Assembly (NCBI GenBank): GCA_032229665.1
Contig: JAVTWR010000059.1
Span: 113,191-177,190 of the forward strand
Source: Polyangiaceae bacterium
Lineage (GTDB): Bacteria > Myxococcota_A > Polyangia > Polyangiales > Polyangiaceae
Length of the DNA stretch: 64,000 nt
Direction of reading: 5' to 3'
Made by a program: the position numbers and the translations under genes. The notes under the pieces were generated by a model. It had not been told where the DNA came from. It worked only from the letters and a program-made list of their open reading frames with translations, and did no database searches. Below, piece by piece: positions 46,531 to 54,594 of this stretch (positions are counted from its first letter, which is position 1; the number at the start of each line of letters is the position of its first letter).

Positions 46531-46808
46531 GGTCTGTAAGTTCCTACTTGTTGTTGCCGCAAACAGAACGATGCGTGTGGAGCGCATCTATGTCTGCGGT
46601 GCTTGCTGCCGAGTGTGATCTGCACTAACTGTGCCCAAACGTGGTTGCGAGTGCGAAAGCAATTTGTCGCGGTGTCTTGGGACGTTGACTGGGCGCGATC
46701 GGTCCGATCGCTACCCTGGCAGCGCGGAGCGCTCACACGTTGCCATCATGGATTCGAGGGCGGGAGACTTCACCCGCCAGGGAGTGAGGCGCTTCGACAA
46801 GCTTCAAA

Positions 46809-48089
46809 TCAAAGCTGGCTTTTGGAGACCAGCTCACTCGGCGTTGCCTTGCCGACCGCCAACTGTCCGTAGAAGTTGTAGCCCCAGCAATATGTATTCC
46901 CGCTGGCGGCGAGCACGCACGTGTGGCTAGCCGAGCTGCTGGCGGCCATCCGCGTCACCGATTCTCCGGCCGGCAGAGCGATACGCGTCGGCGGTCGCAC
47001 CAGCGCGCGATCTGCCGTGTCGCCGACCGGAAGCCCGAGCTCGCCCTCCACGTTGCGCCCCCAACAGTAGATCTCACCCGCGGTCGAGCGCGCACACGCG
47101 TGGACTGCCGCGCGCGCGATGTCGTCGACGACGACGCCCGCGGGCATTGCCACGAGTGCGGGGGCGGTGACGTCTTCGGCGGGGGCGGAGCGCGCAGCGC
47201 TGGAGCGCCAGCAGTACACGCTCCGGGTGGCCACCGTGAGCGCGCAGGTGTCGGCGACGCCGGATGATACGGCCAACACTGCCTCGTCGCCGGGAAGGGT
47301 GACGCGGGTGGGCGTTGCGGGGGCGAGCGACAGGACCGTACCGCCGGCGTCGCGCCGCACGCCGCCCCAGCAGAAGAGCGCGCCCGAGGTGTCGACGGCG
47401 CAAGTGCCATCGGAGCCCGCGGAGACGTGCGCGATAGCGCTCGCTCCCGCGATGGTGATCTTGGTAGGCGTCGGGCTGGCCGCGAGGCTGGCATCCGCGA
47501 GCTGGCCGCGCTCGTTCTTGCCCCAACAGAACAGCTCACCGCGCGCGACCGCACAGGTGTGCACCTCGCCCAACGAGACCTCCGAGACGGCGCCAGATCC
47601 CGGAAGTGTAACGATCGTTGGCACGCGGGGTGCCGGGACGGCAGGACCGCCCCAGCAATAGAGCTGGCCACTTCCGTTGATGGCGCAGGTCTGGATGCCG
47701 CCCACGAACAGCTTGGCGACCGGCGCACCGGGGACGAGCACAGGCGCGGGTACGGTGTAGTTGGTGGGGGAGATCGGCGTGCCGGTGCCGATCTGGCCAT
47801 AGAAGTTCCGGCCCGCACAAAGGACTTGCCCGGCGCGGAGCGAGCAACTGTGGGTAGACCCCACGCCGATGTCGTCACCGAGGTACGCGTGCCCGCCGTC
47901 ACCCGTTGCGCTCGAATCGAAGGGCCCCGCATCCCCGTTGCGAGGCGGCACGGAAGGAGCAGCGGCATCGGCATTGGCATCGGGCGCTTCGGTCCCTAAA
48001 GCGATATCGATGTTGCCGTTGCAGGCTACGGAGGTGGCAGCAGAGCCGAGCGCGCACAGCGCGATAGAGGCGAAGGACCTGGGGTTCAT
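46809..48089 (-). CDS. secreted RCC1-repeat (seven-bladed propeller-type) protein (output gene of cassette C)
   Basis: ATG at 48089 after AAGGAG. Signal MNPRSFASIALCALGSAATSVAC. Repeats LCAGRNFYGQIGTG, LYCWGG, LFCWGKNERGQLAD, LFCWGG, VYCW, IYCWGRNVEGELGL, TYCWGYNFYGQLAVG. Confidence 0.8.
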   Translation of the reverse strand: MNPRSFASIALCALGSAATSVACNGNIDIALGTEAPDANADAAAPSVPPRNGDAGPFDSSATGDGGHAYLGDDIGVGSTHSCSLRAGQVLCAGRNFYGQIGTGTPISPTNYTVPAPVLVPGAPVAKLFVGGIQTCAINGSGQLYCWGGPAVPAPRVPTIVTLPGSGAVSEVSLGEVHTCAVARGELFCWGKNERGQLADASLAASPTPTKITIAGASAIAHVSAGSDGTCAVDTSGALFCWGGVRRDAGGTVLSLAPATPTRVTLPGDEAVLAVSSGVADTCALTVATRSVYCWRSSAARSAPAEDVTAPALVAMPAGVVVDDIARAAVHACARSTAGEIYCWGRNVEGELGLPVGDTADRALVRPPTRIALPAGESVTRMAASSSASHTCVLAASGNTYCWGYNFYGQLAVGKATPSELVSKSQL

Positions 48090-48186
48090 GAGAGGAGCTC
48101 CTTGGAAGTCGTCGGCGCGAGGATGAAGGGAGGTGCGCGACTCGGTGGGTGAGTGCGCGACGGACTCGACTCTCGTCAAAGAATCG

Positions 48187-48918
48187 TCACGGCATCGCGC
48201 ATGCGTCTCGAATGCTCGGTCCGAGCGCCGAGCGCGGATAGGTGGTGATGAAAGCGTCCGCCAGCTTGTGGGCTTCACCCCCTTTGCCTGCCTGGCACAG
48301 CGTGAGCGCGCGCTCCGCGTCGCGTTCCTCTGCCAGCACCCCATGGGGGAAGCGACGCGCATGCTCGGCGATCAAAGAAAGCGCTCTCGACGTTGCTCCC
48401 TCGCGGCGAGCCGCGCGCGCTTCGCGCACGAGCCTGGTCTCTACGGTGAGCGAGCCTTCCACTGACGCCGGGGGGTCGACGTTGGGGCCGCCGCATCCGT
48501 TGCACATGCGTGCCGTTGAGTCCGGTGGACGTGCTTCCGAGATCGCCGCCGTCGCCCGACGAAGTGTGGGTACTTCCCCGAACGTGGGGCGGTTGAGGGG
48601 CCCGGCCGCGCCGGAGCTCGGTGCGGCGGCGAGCGAAGGGTCGTAGGGGTGAGACGGCTCCAAGGCGACCCCGAGGGTGAGGAGGGCAGCCACGAGCTTG
48701 GCCAGGACTGGGGCGATTCCGCCTCCCCCGGCGGCCGCGCCCCCAACGGGTGTACCTCTTGCGAATGTGGGGCCGGTGGGCTCCGTAACAGCGCCCGCCA
48801 ACGAGCTTCCGCACTGCGCGGCGAGGGCACGCCGCACGCGCCGCCGATCTTCGTCGCTGGGCGAGAGAGCCGCCCGCGCTGCTGCGAGCAACGCCTCGTC
48901 GTCCGGTGTGAGGCTCAT
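48187..48918 (-). CDS. membrane-anchored anti-sigma factor (cassette C)
   Basis: ATGA overlap with the sigma gene. TM (IAPVLAKLVAALLTLGVAL). C-terminal HARRFPHGVLAEERDAERALTLC...AFITTYPRS matches the motif of the other two anti-sigmas. Confidence 0.65.
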   Translation of the reverse strand: MSLTPDDEALLAAARAALSPSDEDRRRVRRALAAQCGSSLAGAVTEPTGPTFARGTPVGGAAAGGGGIAPVLAKLVAALLTLGVALEPSHPYDPSLAAAPSSGAAGPLNRPTFGEVPTLRRATAAISEARPPDSTARMCNGCGGPNVDPPASVEGSLTVETRLVREARAARREGATSRALSLIAEHARRFPHGVLAEERDAERALTLCQAGKGGEAHKLADAFITTYPRSALGPSIRDACAMP

Positions 48919-49523
48919 CCCGCCCTCCAGGTGTCGCGCAGCCTATGCCGCTGCGTCGCGAGTGCGAACGCGCTGCGTGCCAGTCGCAAGCGCGAGTACA
49001 CGGTGTTCACGTTTTCTTGGAGCATCTCCGCGATCTGCTTGACGGGAATCTGCTCGAGCTCGGCAAGTACGAACACCTCTCGTTGTTCATCGTCGAGCGC
49101 GTCGAGGATGCGAGTCACCTGGCGCACAGCCTGCGCCGCAGCGGCCGCATCTTCGGGGCTGGGCTCGTTCGCGTCTCCCAGTGTGTCGGGGTCGACCTCG
49201 CCGTCGGCGTCGTTCGAGTGCAGGTGCCGTCGCTCGCTTCGCCGGTAGTTGCGCACCACGTTGCGTACGATTCCGTAGAGCCACGTTCGAAAGGTCGCGC
49301 GTCCCTCGAACGTTGCCAATCGTTGGTGCACCACGACGAATATCTCCTGGGTCGCGTCGTCGAGCGCGGCCTGGGGCACGCCCAGACTGCGCACGCTCCG
49401 CCAAACGAAGCCGAAGTGGGCCTGGTAAATCTCGTCGAAGTAGGGCGCCGGACTGGCCACGGATGCTTCGACCGGCGAAGCGGCCAACGGAATCATCTGC
49501 GTCTGTGGGTGTCGGGCGAGCAT
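48915..49523 (-). CDS. ECF sigma factor, cassette C
   Basis: ALDDATQEIFVVVHQRLATFEGRATFRTWLYGIVRN (region 2) and VKQIAEMLQENVNTVYSRLRLARSAF (region 4). Start at 49523 or 49496; the listed ORF to 50450 is an over-extension. Confidence 0.85.
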   Translation of the reverse strand: MLARHPQTQMIPLAASPVEASVASPAPYFDEIYQAHFGFVWRSVRSLGVPQAALDDATQEIFVVVHQRLATFEGRATFRTWLYGIVRNVVRNYRRSERRHLHSNDADGEVDPDTLGDANEPSPEDAAAAAQAVRQVTRILDALDDEQREVFVLAELEQIPVKQIAEMLQENVNTVYSRLRLARSAFALATQRHRLRDTWRAG

Positions 49524-49531
49524 GCCTTCCG

Positions 49532-50581
49532 TCAAAGAATCTTCAGTTCCAGGCCCAGCGCGGCGACGAATGCGAACGGGGAGGGGCGCGTGATGGGGAG
49601 GCTGCCCTCGGGCGTTGCCACCACGAAGCGCGGCGTCTCGAGAGCCCCTGTGGCCCGGGCGCCGATGCGCAGGCGTAGGCGCCCGGACAAGGGCACGAGG
49701 GCAATGAGCTCTCCGCCCAAGCCGGCCCACGTTGCACCTTCGTTCCGGGGCCGCGCGGTGCCGAAGCCAACGCCGTACGCGTTCACCAGCTCCGCTGCGA
49801 AGCAAGGGCCCATCCGCAGCTCCCGATAGCCGAACAACGCGCATGCGCGTCCGCCCGCCGTCGACATGCGAAACTCGCCGCCCTTCCAAGGCGCACCGTC
49901 GACACCCACCCCGCGCGAAAAGAACTTCGCGAGCTCTATCTCCACCCGAAGCGCGGCGAGCTCGGCCCAAAGACCGAACGCCGCTCCCCCCGCGGGGGAA
50001 GGGACGCTTCCGATGCGGAATAGGGTCGTCGCGGCGGCACCGAACGTCGGTGCCGGGCGCTTTTGCCGTCTCCCCGCGGCAGGCGCCGTTTGGGGCAGGT
50101 CGGCGTGGGCCGTCGTCGTTGCCGTGGCTGCGGTCGTGGCCGATGCGGCTGGCCCGGGAGGTGGACTGGCTAGCGGAGCCGGGGCCGAGAAGGCCGGCGT
50201 GTTCGGGGGCTTGGCGTTGCCGTCCACCGTGAGGGCGATAATCAGGGCTGCTGCCGCCGAGACCTCTCGACAGGTCGTTCCCGAGAACGATCGCGTCGAA
50301 CGACTGCTCCCCGACTGGAGCTCGAGCGCGACACGAAACAGTCCACGGCCGCGCTGCGCCACCACGCCGCGCACAGCGACCTCCTTGCGGGGCCCTTCGG
50401 GGCCGAGAATGCGCCGAATCTCCTCGCGCATGTCCGATTCGGAGGGGCAACCCTCTTCGAGCGCCGGCGTCCAGCGCAGGCTCACCGGATCGCTCGATTG
50501 GGCGTGCGCACTACCAACCGCGAGGATGAGCGCGGTTGCCGTGAGGGCAACGATACGGAGAAGGTCCCTTCCAAGGTGCAT
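49532..50581 (-). CDS. secreted two-Cys domain / Pro-Ala-rich linker / predicted beta-barrel protein (cassette C paralog)
   Basis: Start MHLGRDLLRIVALTATALILAVGSAHA at 50581. N-domain CPSESDMREEIRRILGPEG...CREVSAAAALIIAL parallels the other two. The C-terminal ~150 aa show an alternating pattern. Confidence 0.6.
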   Translation of the reverse strand: MHLGRDLLRIVALTATALILAVGSAHAQSSDPVSLRWTPALEEGCPSESDMREEIRRILGPEGPRKEVAVRGVVAQRGRGLFRVALELQSGSSRSTRSFSGTTCREVSAAAALIIALTVDGNAKPPNTPAFSAPAPLASPPPGPAASATTAATATTTAHADLPQTAPAAGRRQKRPAPTFGAAATTLFRIGSVPSPAGGAAFGLWAELAALRVEIELAKFFSRGVGVDGAPWKGGEFRMSTAGGRACALFGYRELRMGPCFAAELVNAYGVGFGTARPRNEGATWAGLGGELIALVPLSGRLRLRIGARATGALETPRFVVATPEGSLPITRPSPFAFVAALGLELKIL

Positions 50582-50707
50582 CGTACGGAGGTTCGTTGGG
50601 GGGCGCAGAGCAAGTGAGGTTCGCTGCGGAAGCGATTCGTTCATGCGCTTCGCAGCCCCTGCGTGCTTTGGCGCACGATGGGCGCGCCGGCCTGGCGGAA
50701 CCGGCGC

Positions 50708-51577
50708 TCAAGGAAGCGTCACGACGAAGTCCGCTGCAAGGTTGGCCACGAAGCTCCCACTCGTCCGAACGTGGAGGGAGCGACCGTCCGCGCTGACGCT
50801 CACGACCTCCATGGTGCGCGGCGAGAGCGGAAACGTACCGGCCCCGCCGGAGACGGTGAGGAACCCCAGCTTCGGGTCTGCGGGGTCGACGACGCCCGCG
50901 GTTCGGGGAATGCGCAGCTCCCACCGGTGCGCCGGGTAGTCGTTGGAGTAGGGCATCCCGAAGACCAGGCGAAGGCTCTCCGGGGTGATCTCGTCGATGA
51001 GCGCGTAGCTTCCGGAGCCTTCGTCGACCGGCACCCGAGGGAACCATTGCTTGCGTGAGACGTTGTTCCAGCTCCAGGAAAGGACATCGAGGCTGCTGGG
51101 CAGCGCCTGGGTGCAGTCGGCACTGCAGCTGTCTCGCGACGAGGTGTTTCCGTCGTCGCATGCCTCGCCCATCTGCACGACTCCGTCGCCGCAAACCGCC
51201 GGCTGCTTCGTGCAAACTCTCTTGTCGCCGTCCGCTGGGGTACAGTCCCATCCGGTGGGGCACATTGCCGCGGTGCAGTCGGCCGAGCAGTACGTCTCGT
51301 AGGAGGTTTGCTTCGTCGTCGGGTTCGTGACCGGATGGGTGCCGTCGTACACGCACGTTCCGAGCGTACACTTCGCGTTCGCGACGGCCGACACGTGCCC
51401 TGGTGACCCCGCGAGCTCGCAGTAGCCACCGAGATCCCCGGCGGCAAGGGTGGGTGGCGTCGCGCCTCCGTCGCCAGTGGGGCTGGTAAGCTGGCTTCCG
51501 GGGCCCGAGGCGGAGGAAGCGCACGCCACGAGTGGTGAAGTGATGCCCAGAGCGAGGATACAAAGGAACTTCTTCAT
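50708..51577 (-). CDS. lipoprotein with a Myxococcus cysteine-rich repeat (CGDG...CDDGN)
   Basis: MKKFLCILALGITSPLVAC lipobox (start 51577). VCGDGVVQMGEACDDGNTSSRDSCSADC matches the TIGR02232-type repeat (recalled). C-terminal ~130 aa beta-rich domain. Confidence 0.7.
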   Translation of the reverse strand: MKKFLCILALGITSPLVACASSASGPGSQLTSPTGDGGATPPTLAAGDLGGYCELAGSPGHVSAVANAKCTLGTCVYDGTHPVTNPTTKQTSYETYCSADCTAAMCPTGWDCTPADGDKRVCTKQPAVCGDGVVQMGEACDDGNTSSRDSCSADCTQALPSSLDVLSWSWNNVSRKQWFPRVPVDEGSGSYALIDEITPESLRLVFGMPYSNDYPAHRWELRIPRTAGVVDPADPKLGFLTVSGGAGTFPLSPRTMEVVSVSADGRSLHVRTSGSFVANLAADFVVTLP

Positions 51578-51850
51578 GCCTCTTCGAACGTGCATGCAGG
51601 CGGAGTATTCAACGAAATATGTGGTTGTGGACCGGAATCCGATCTTGCGCGCCTGGGTGGATCGCCGGGCACTCGGTTCGATGATGGTTGCCTGCGCGCG
51701 CTGCGCACCTCCGCGGGCGCGATCTGTCTCATCGCACCCCCCTCGACCGTGGGAAAGTACCGCCAAGTATGGCGTGAGCGTCGCGGAGTTTGCGGTGGCA
51801 TGAATGGTGCTCGGTCTAGCGTGGACCAGGAACACCCCAAAGAAAGTTCG

Positions 51851-52289
51851 ATGCGCAAGCTTTCCAAGTACATCGTCGTCTCTGCCCTCGTTCTGCCCAC
51901 TATCTTCGCTTGTGCCGTTGCGCAGGAGGGCAGCCGAAGCGACTGCGATTGCCGTGGTGGGATCCATCGAGGAGCGCTCGGTCTGGGCCGAACGTATCGC
52001 GGTTGCGACCAGCGTCTCGCAGTGGCGAGAAACTCTTGCGGAGCACCTGGCTTCTCTTCGGACTGGGCTTCTACAGGCGGTCTTCGTACCGACGGACGAA
52101 TGCGCCGTGCGAGGGCTATGCCTGCTCAGTCAAGCCGTGCCCGTCGTGGTGGCGACCGCCCACCTCTGGGATATTCTCTGTGCGGAGCGGTATGACAGCT
52201 CAGCCTTCGTGGATGCCCACGATGACTTTGCCGTCGCTCTCGCAGTCGCATTTCAGCGCCACGGCGCCGTCCGCGCGGTGCAAAGCTAA
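51851..52289 (+). pseudogene. possible frameshifted small lipoprotein gene (signal peptide in one frame, GC3-rich body in another)
   Basis: ATG at 51851 gives MRKLSKYIVVSALVLPTIFACAVAQEGS. GC3 bias in that frame decays after about 51950, while the frame of ORF 51804..52289 becomes protein-like (VVGSIEERSVWAERIAVATSVSQWRETLAEHL...FQRHGAVRAVQS*). Alternatively the body is an independent 125-aa gene starting at GTG 51912. Confidence 0.3.
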
Positions 52290-52343
52290 CTGGTTGCCCT
52301 GTCAATTGGGCAAAACGTACCGTCGAACTTCAAAAGGAGTCCC

Positions 52344-52703
52344 ATGAAAGTGAAGTATATCGTAGCGGGTTCGTGTCGGATGATGGCTGCTGCGTGCGGT
52401 GTGGTGTTGTTCGTCGGTTGCGCGTCGTCCGCCGCCTCCGAGGAGAACGCGCCGGCGGAAGGTCTCGCATCGTTCGCGCCCTCCGAGGTGCAGCCCAATG
52501 CGGTTGTGCAGTACCAGAACTGCGCCACGCGCGGCTACGGATTCAAGTATTGGTACTATGGCGGCAGCTACGGCGCGGCTCCTTCCGCTGCGGAGTGCAC
52601 GAGCTGGTGCACGGGCACCTGCAGACGTTCGGGAGGGCGGTTCAATCCTGCCGCCTACAATCCCGGCTACCCGGCCACGGCAACCTGTTACTGCACGCCG
52701 TAG
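52344..52703 (+). CDS. small 6-Cys lipoprotein, paralog of 44800..45153
   Basis: AAGGAG RBS and ATG at 52344. Signal ...AAACGVVLFVGC. AVVQYQNCATRGYGFKYWYYG...CTSWCTGTC...AYNPGYPATATCYC. Confidence 0.7.
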   Translation: MKVKYIVAGSCRMMAAACGVVLFVGCASSAASEENAPAEGLASFAPSEVQPNAVVQYQNCATRGYGFKYWYYGGSYGAAPSAAECTSWCTGTCRRSGGRFNPAAYNPGYPATATCYCTP

Positions 52704-52781
52704 TCGCTCCTCGCAGGCGCGGTGGTTGCGCCCCAGTACTCTGCCTACGTATGCTCACTTCCGTAAGCGCTGCGCGTTGGG

Positions 52782-53702
52782 TCAGGGCGTCGGATACGCA
52801 AGTTCCACGCGGTTGATCAGCGCTCTGCGCTCCCGGAGATAGTTCTTGGCGAGGCTGCGAACCCATCCTCCCACCGCGGACGGTGCTGCTGGAGCAACCA
52901 CCGCTTCGAGCGCCGCGGAGAGATCTTGGCTCGAGAGGAGCGGCTCATGGGCGGCGTAGACCGCACGTTTCACCACCTTTTCGAGAAGGTCGGCGCCGTG
53001 GTCGAGGGGCGACGAGCCGGTCGACATGCCGGGCCGCAGCCGCCCCAGTAGGTGCGAGGCTGTCGCGTCATCGAGCTGCGCGCCCGTGAAGAGCTCCCAC
53101 ATCGCGACTACCAGACTCCAGGTGGCCACGCTGCCGCCGAACGGGGTCCCTGAGAGGCTGAGCACGCCCGGAAGCCCACCTTCTGCCAATGGGCCGCCGT
53201 TCTCCCCGAGGCCTCCGAGACGAGCGAGGCCGTCGGTGCCGACGAGAATGTGGTGAGGACGGACGGTGCGCGCGCCGATCGACGGGCCCGCCGCCTCGTG
53301 CAGCGCCGTGAAACCGGTCAGCGCGTCCAGGGCGATCGATGACGCGATCGACGGCGGTACTTCCCGCTCGCGGTCCCGTGACAGCTGCAGCAGCACCGAT
53401 AGCGGAGCTCCGTGAACGTATTCCATGATCACCAGCGTGCCCGGGCCGTCTACGACGATGTCGATGGGGGAGAGCACGGTGGCGTGGTGAACCCGGGCCA
53501 TCGTTTGCGCGTCGACCAAGAGCGCCGCGACGGCGTCGGTTCTGCCGGCCAAGTGAGGATGGAGTTGCTTCACCACGACCAGCTTCGCGAAGCCACCCTC
53601 TCCAATGGCTCGCGACAGGAAGAACCGCCCGAGCGCGCCCGCTCCGATCTGCTCGTGGACCACGTACCGGCCCGATTGCGCTACCTCTTTCAAACTGGCC
53701 AT
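52782..53702 (-). CDS. Ser/Thr-kinase-like pseudokinase (306 aa)
   Basis: Start MASLKEV at 53702. The N-lobe GEGGFAKLVVVKQLHPHLAG parallels GGFTKTVAIKRLHPHVAK of the kinase at 57655. HRD is replaced by VRPHHILVG, DFG by ARLGGLG, and no APE motif is present. Confidence 0.75.
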   Translation of the reverse strand: MASLKEVAQSGRYVVHEQIGAGALGRFFLSRAIGEGGFAKLVVVKQLHPHLAGRTDAVAALLVDAQTMARVHHATVLSPIDIVVDGPGTLVIMEYVHGAPLSVLLQLSRDREREVPPSIASSIALDALTGFTALHEAAGPSIGARTVRPHHILVGTDGLARLGGLGENGGPLAEGGLPGVLSLSGTPFGGSVATWSLVVAMWELFTGAQLDDATASHLLGRLRPGMSTGSSPLDHGADLLEKVVKRAVYAAHEPLLSSQDLSAALEAVVAPAAPSAVGGWVRSLAKNYLRERRALINRVELAYPTP

Positions 53703-53719
53703 CTCGTGCGGTCGCTCAT

Positions 53720-54508
53720 CTAGAACGCAAACGCGCCAGTCCCGCTCGCGTGCTGCGTCTTGCCAGCGCCCACGAGATACAGCACCGCCGCCGTTACCAA
53801 CGCACCGGCCGCGACGGCGAGGGATACGTCCGCCACCAGGAACTGGGTCTTCACGTAGCTCGCGTCGTCGGAACTGCACCCGGTGTCGCAGGCAGCGCTC
53901 GACCGACGGGCCAGGCCCAGCCCCGCGAAGGTGCCGAAAACACCAAGCCCGACGACCCCGACGCCCGCGAACACCAGCGGCAGGGCCACGGAGCGCGAAC
54001 CCGAGGGCGTCGTCGCCGCTTCTGGCGCCTTCTTCTCGATACGAAACGTTACCCGGAGGCCCTTCTCGTGCTCCTTCACGAGAATCTTCCGCGTCAGCCT
54101 CGTCGCGCCCACCTCGACCCGAACCTCGTGGGAGCCGGGGTCGACGGTGACCCCACGCGTGACGCCGAGCGCTTTCGGTATCGGCTTGCCGTCGATGAAG
54201 GTCGCTGGTCCGGTGACTTCTTCGCCCGCCTCGTTCAAGACCTCGACCAAGACGGTCGGGGTCGCTTCTTCGACGCGCCGGGCGAAGGCAGCACACACCG
54301 ACGATACCTCCGAAGGGCACTCGAGCTTGGCGCACTCGATGAAGTCGGAGCGAGCGTCGAGGAGCCGTCCTGCCTTTTCGCGCTCCTGGCCGCGAACAGC
54401 CGCGCCGAAGCAGGCCTCATCGGAGGTCTTCGCTTCTGCGGTGCCGGCAGCGAACGAGCTCAGAAGCCCCGCGAGAAGGGTGCAGATGGCCACGCGCGGT
54501 CTCGCCAT
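53720..54508 (-). CDS. secreted Cys-rich / PEGA-like domain protein with C-terminal membrane segments
   Basis: Signal MARPRVAICTLLAGLLSSFAAGTAEA (start 54508). CFGAA...CAKLECPSEVSSVC. FIDGKPI...VTVDPGSHEVRVEV is a PEGA-like beta-sandwich. TM ALPLVFAGVGVVGLGVFGTFAGLGL and a second hydrophobic segment. Confidence 0.65.
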   Translation of the reverse strand: MARPRVAICTLLAGLLSSFAAGTAEAKTSDEACFGAAVRGQEREKAGRLLDARSDFIECAKLECPSEVSSVCAAFARRVEEATPTVLVEVLNEAGEEVTGPATFIDGKPIPKALGVTRGVTVDPGSHEVRVEVGATRLTRKILVKEHEKGLRVTFRIEKKAPEAATTPSGSRSVALPLVFAGVGVVGLGVFGTFAGLGLARRSSAACDTGCSSDDASYVKTQFLVADVSLAVAAGALVTAAVLYLVGAGKTQHASGTGAFAF

Positions 54509-54594
54509 GGGTCCATCGAGAGTACCGAGGCGGCGCCGGCGGCGCCTAGCGCGAAACGACCGTACGAAGCCCCCACAGTGTGCGATTCGCGCTG

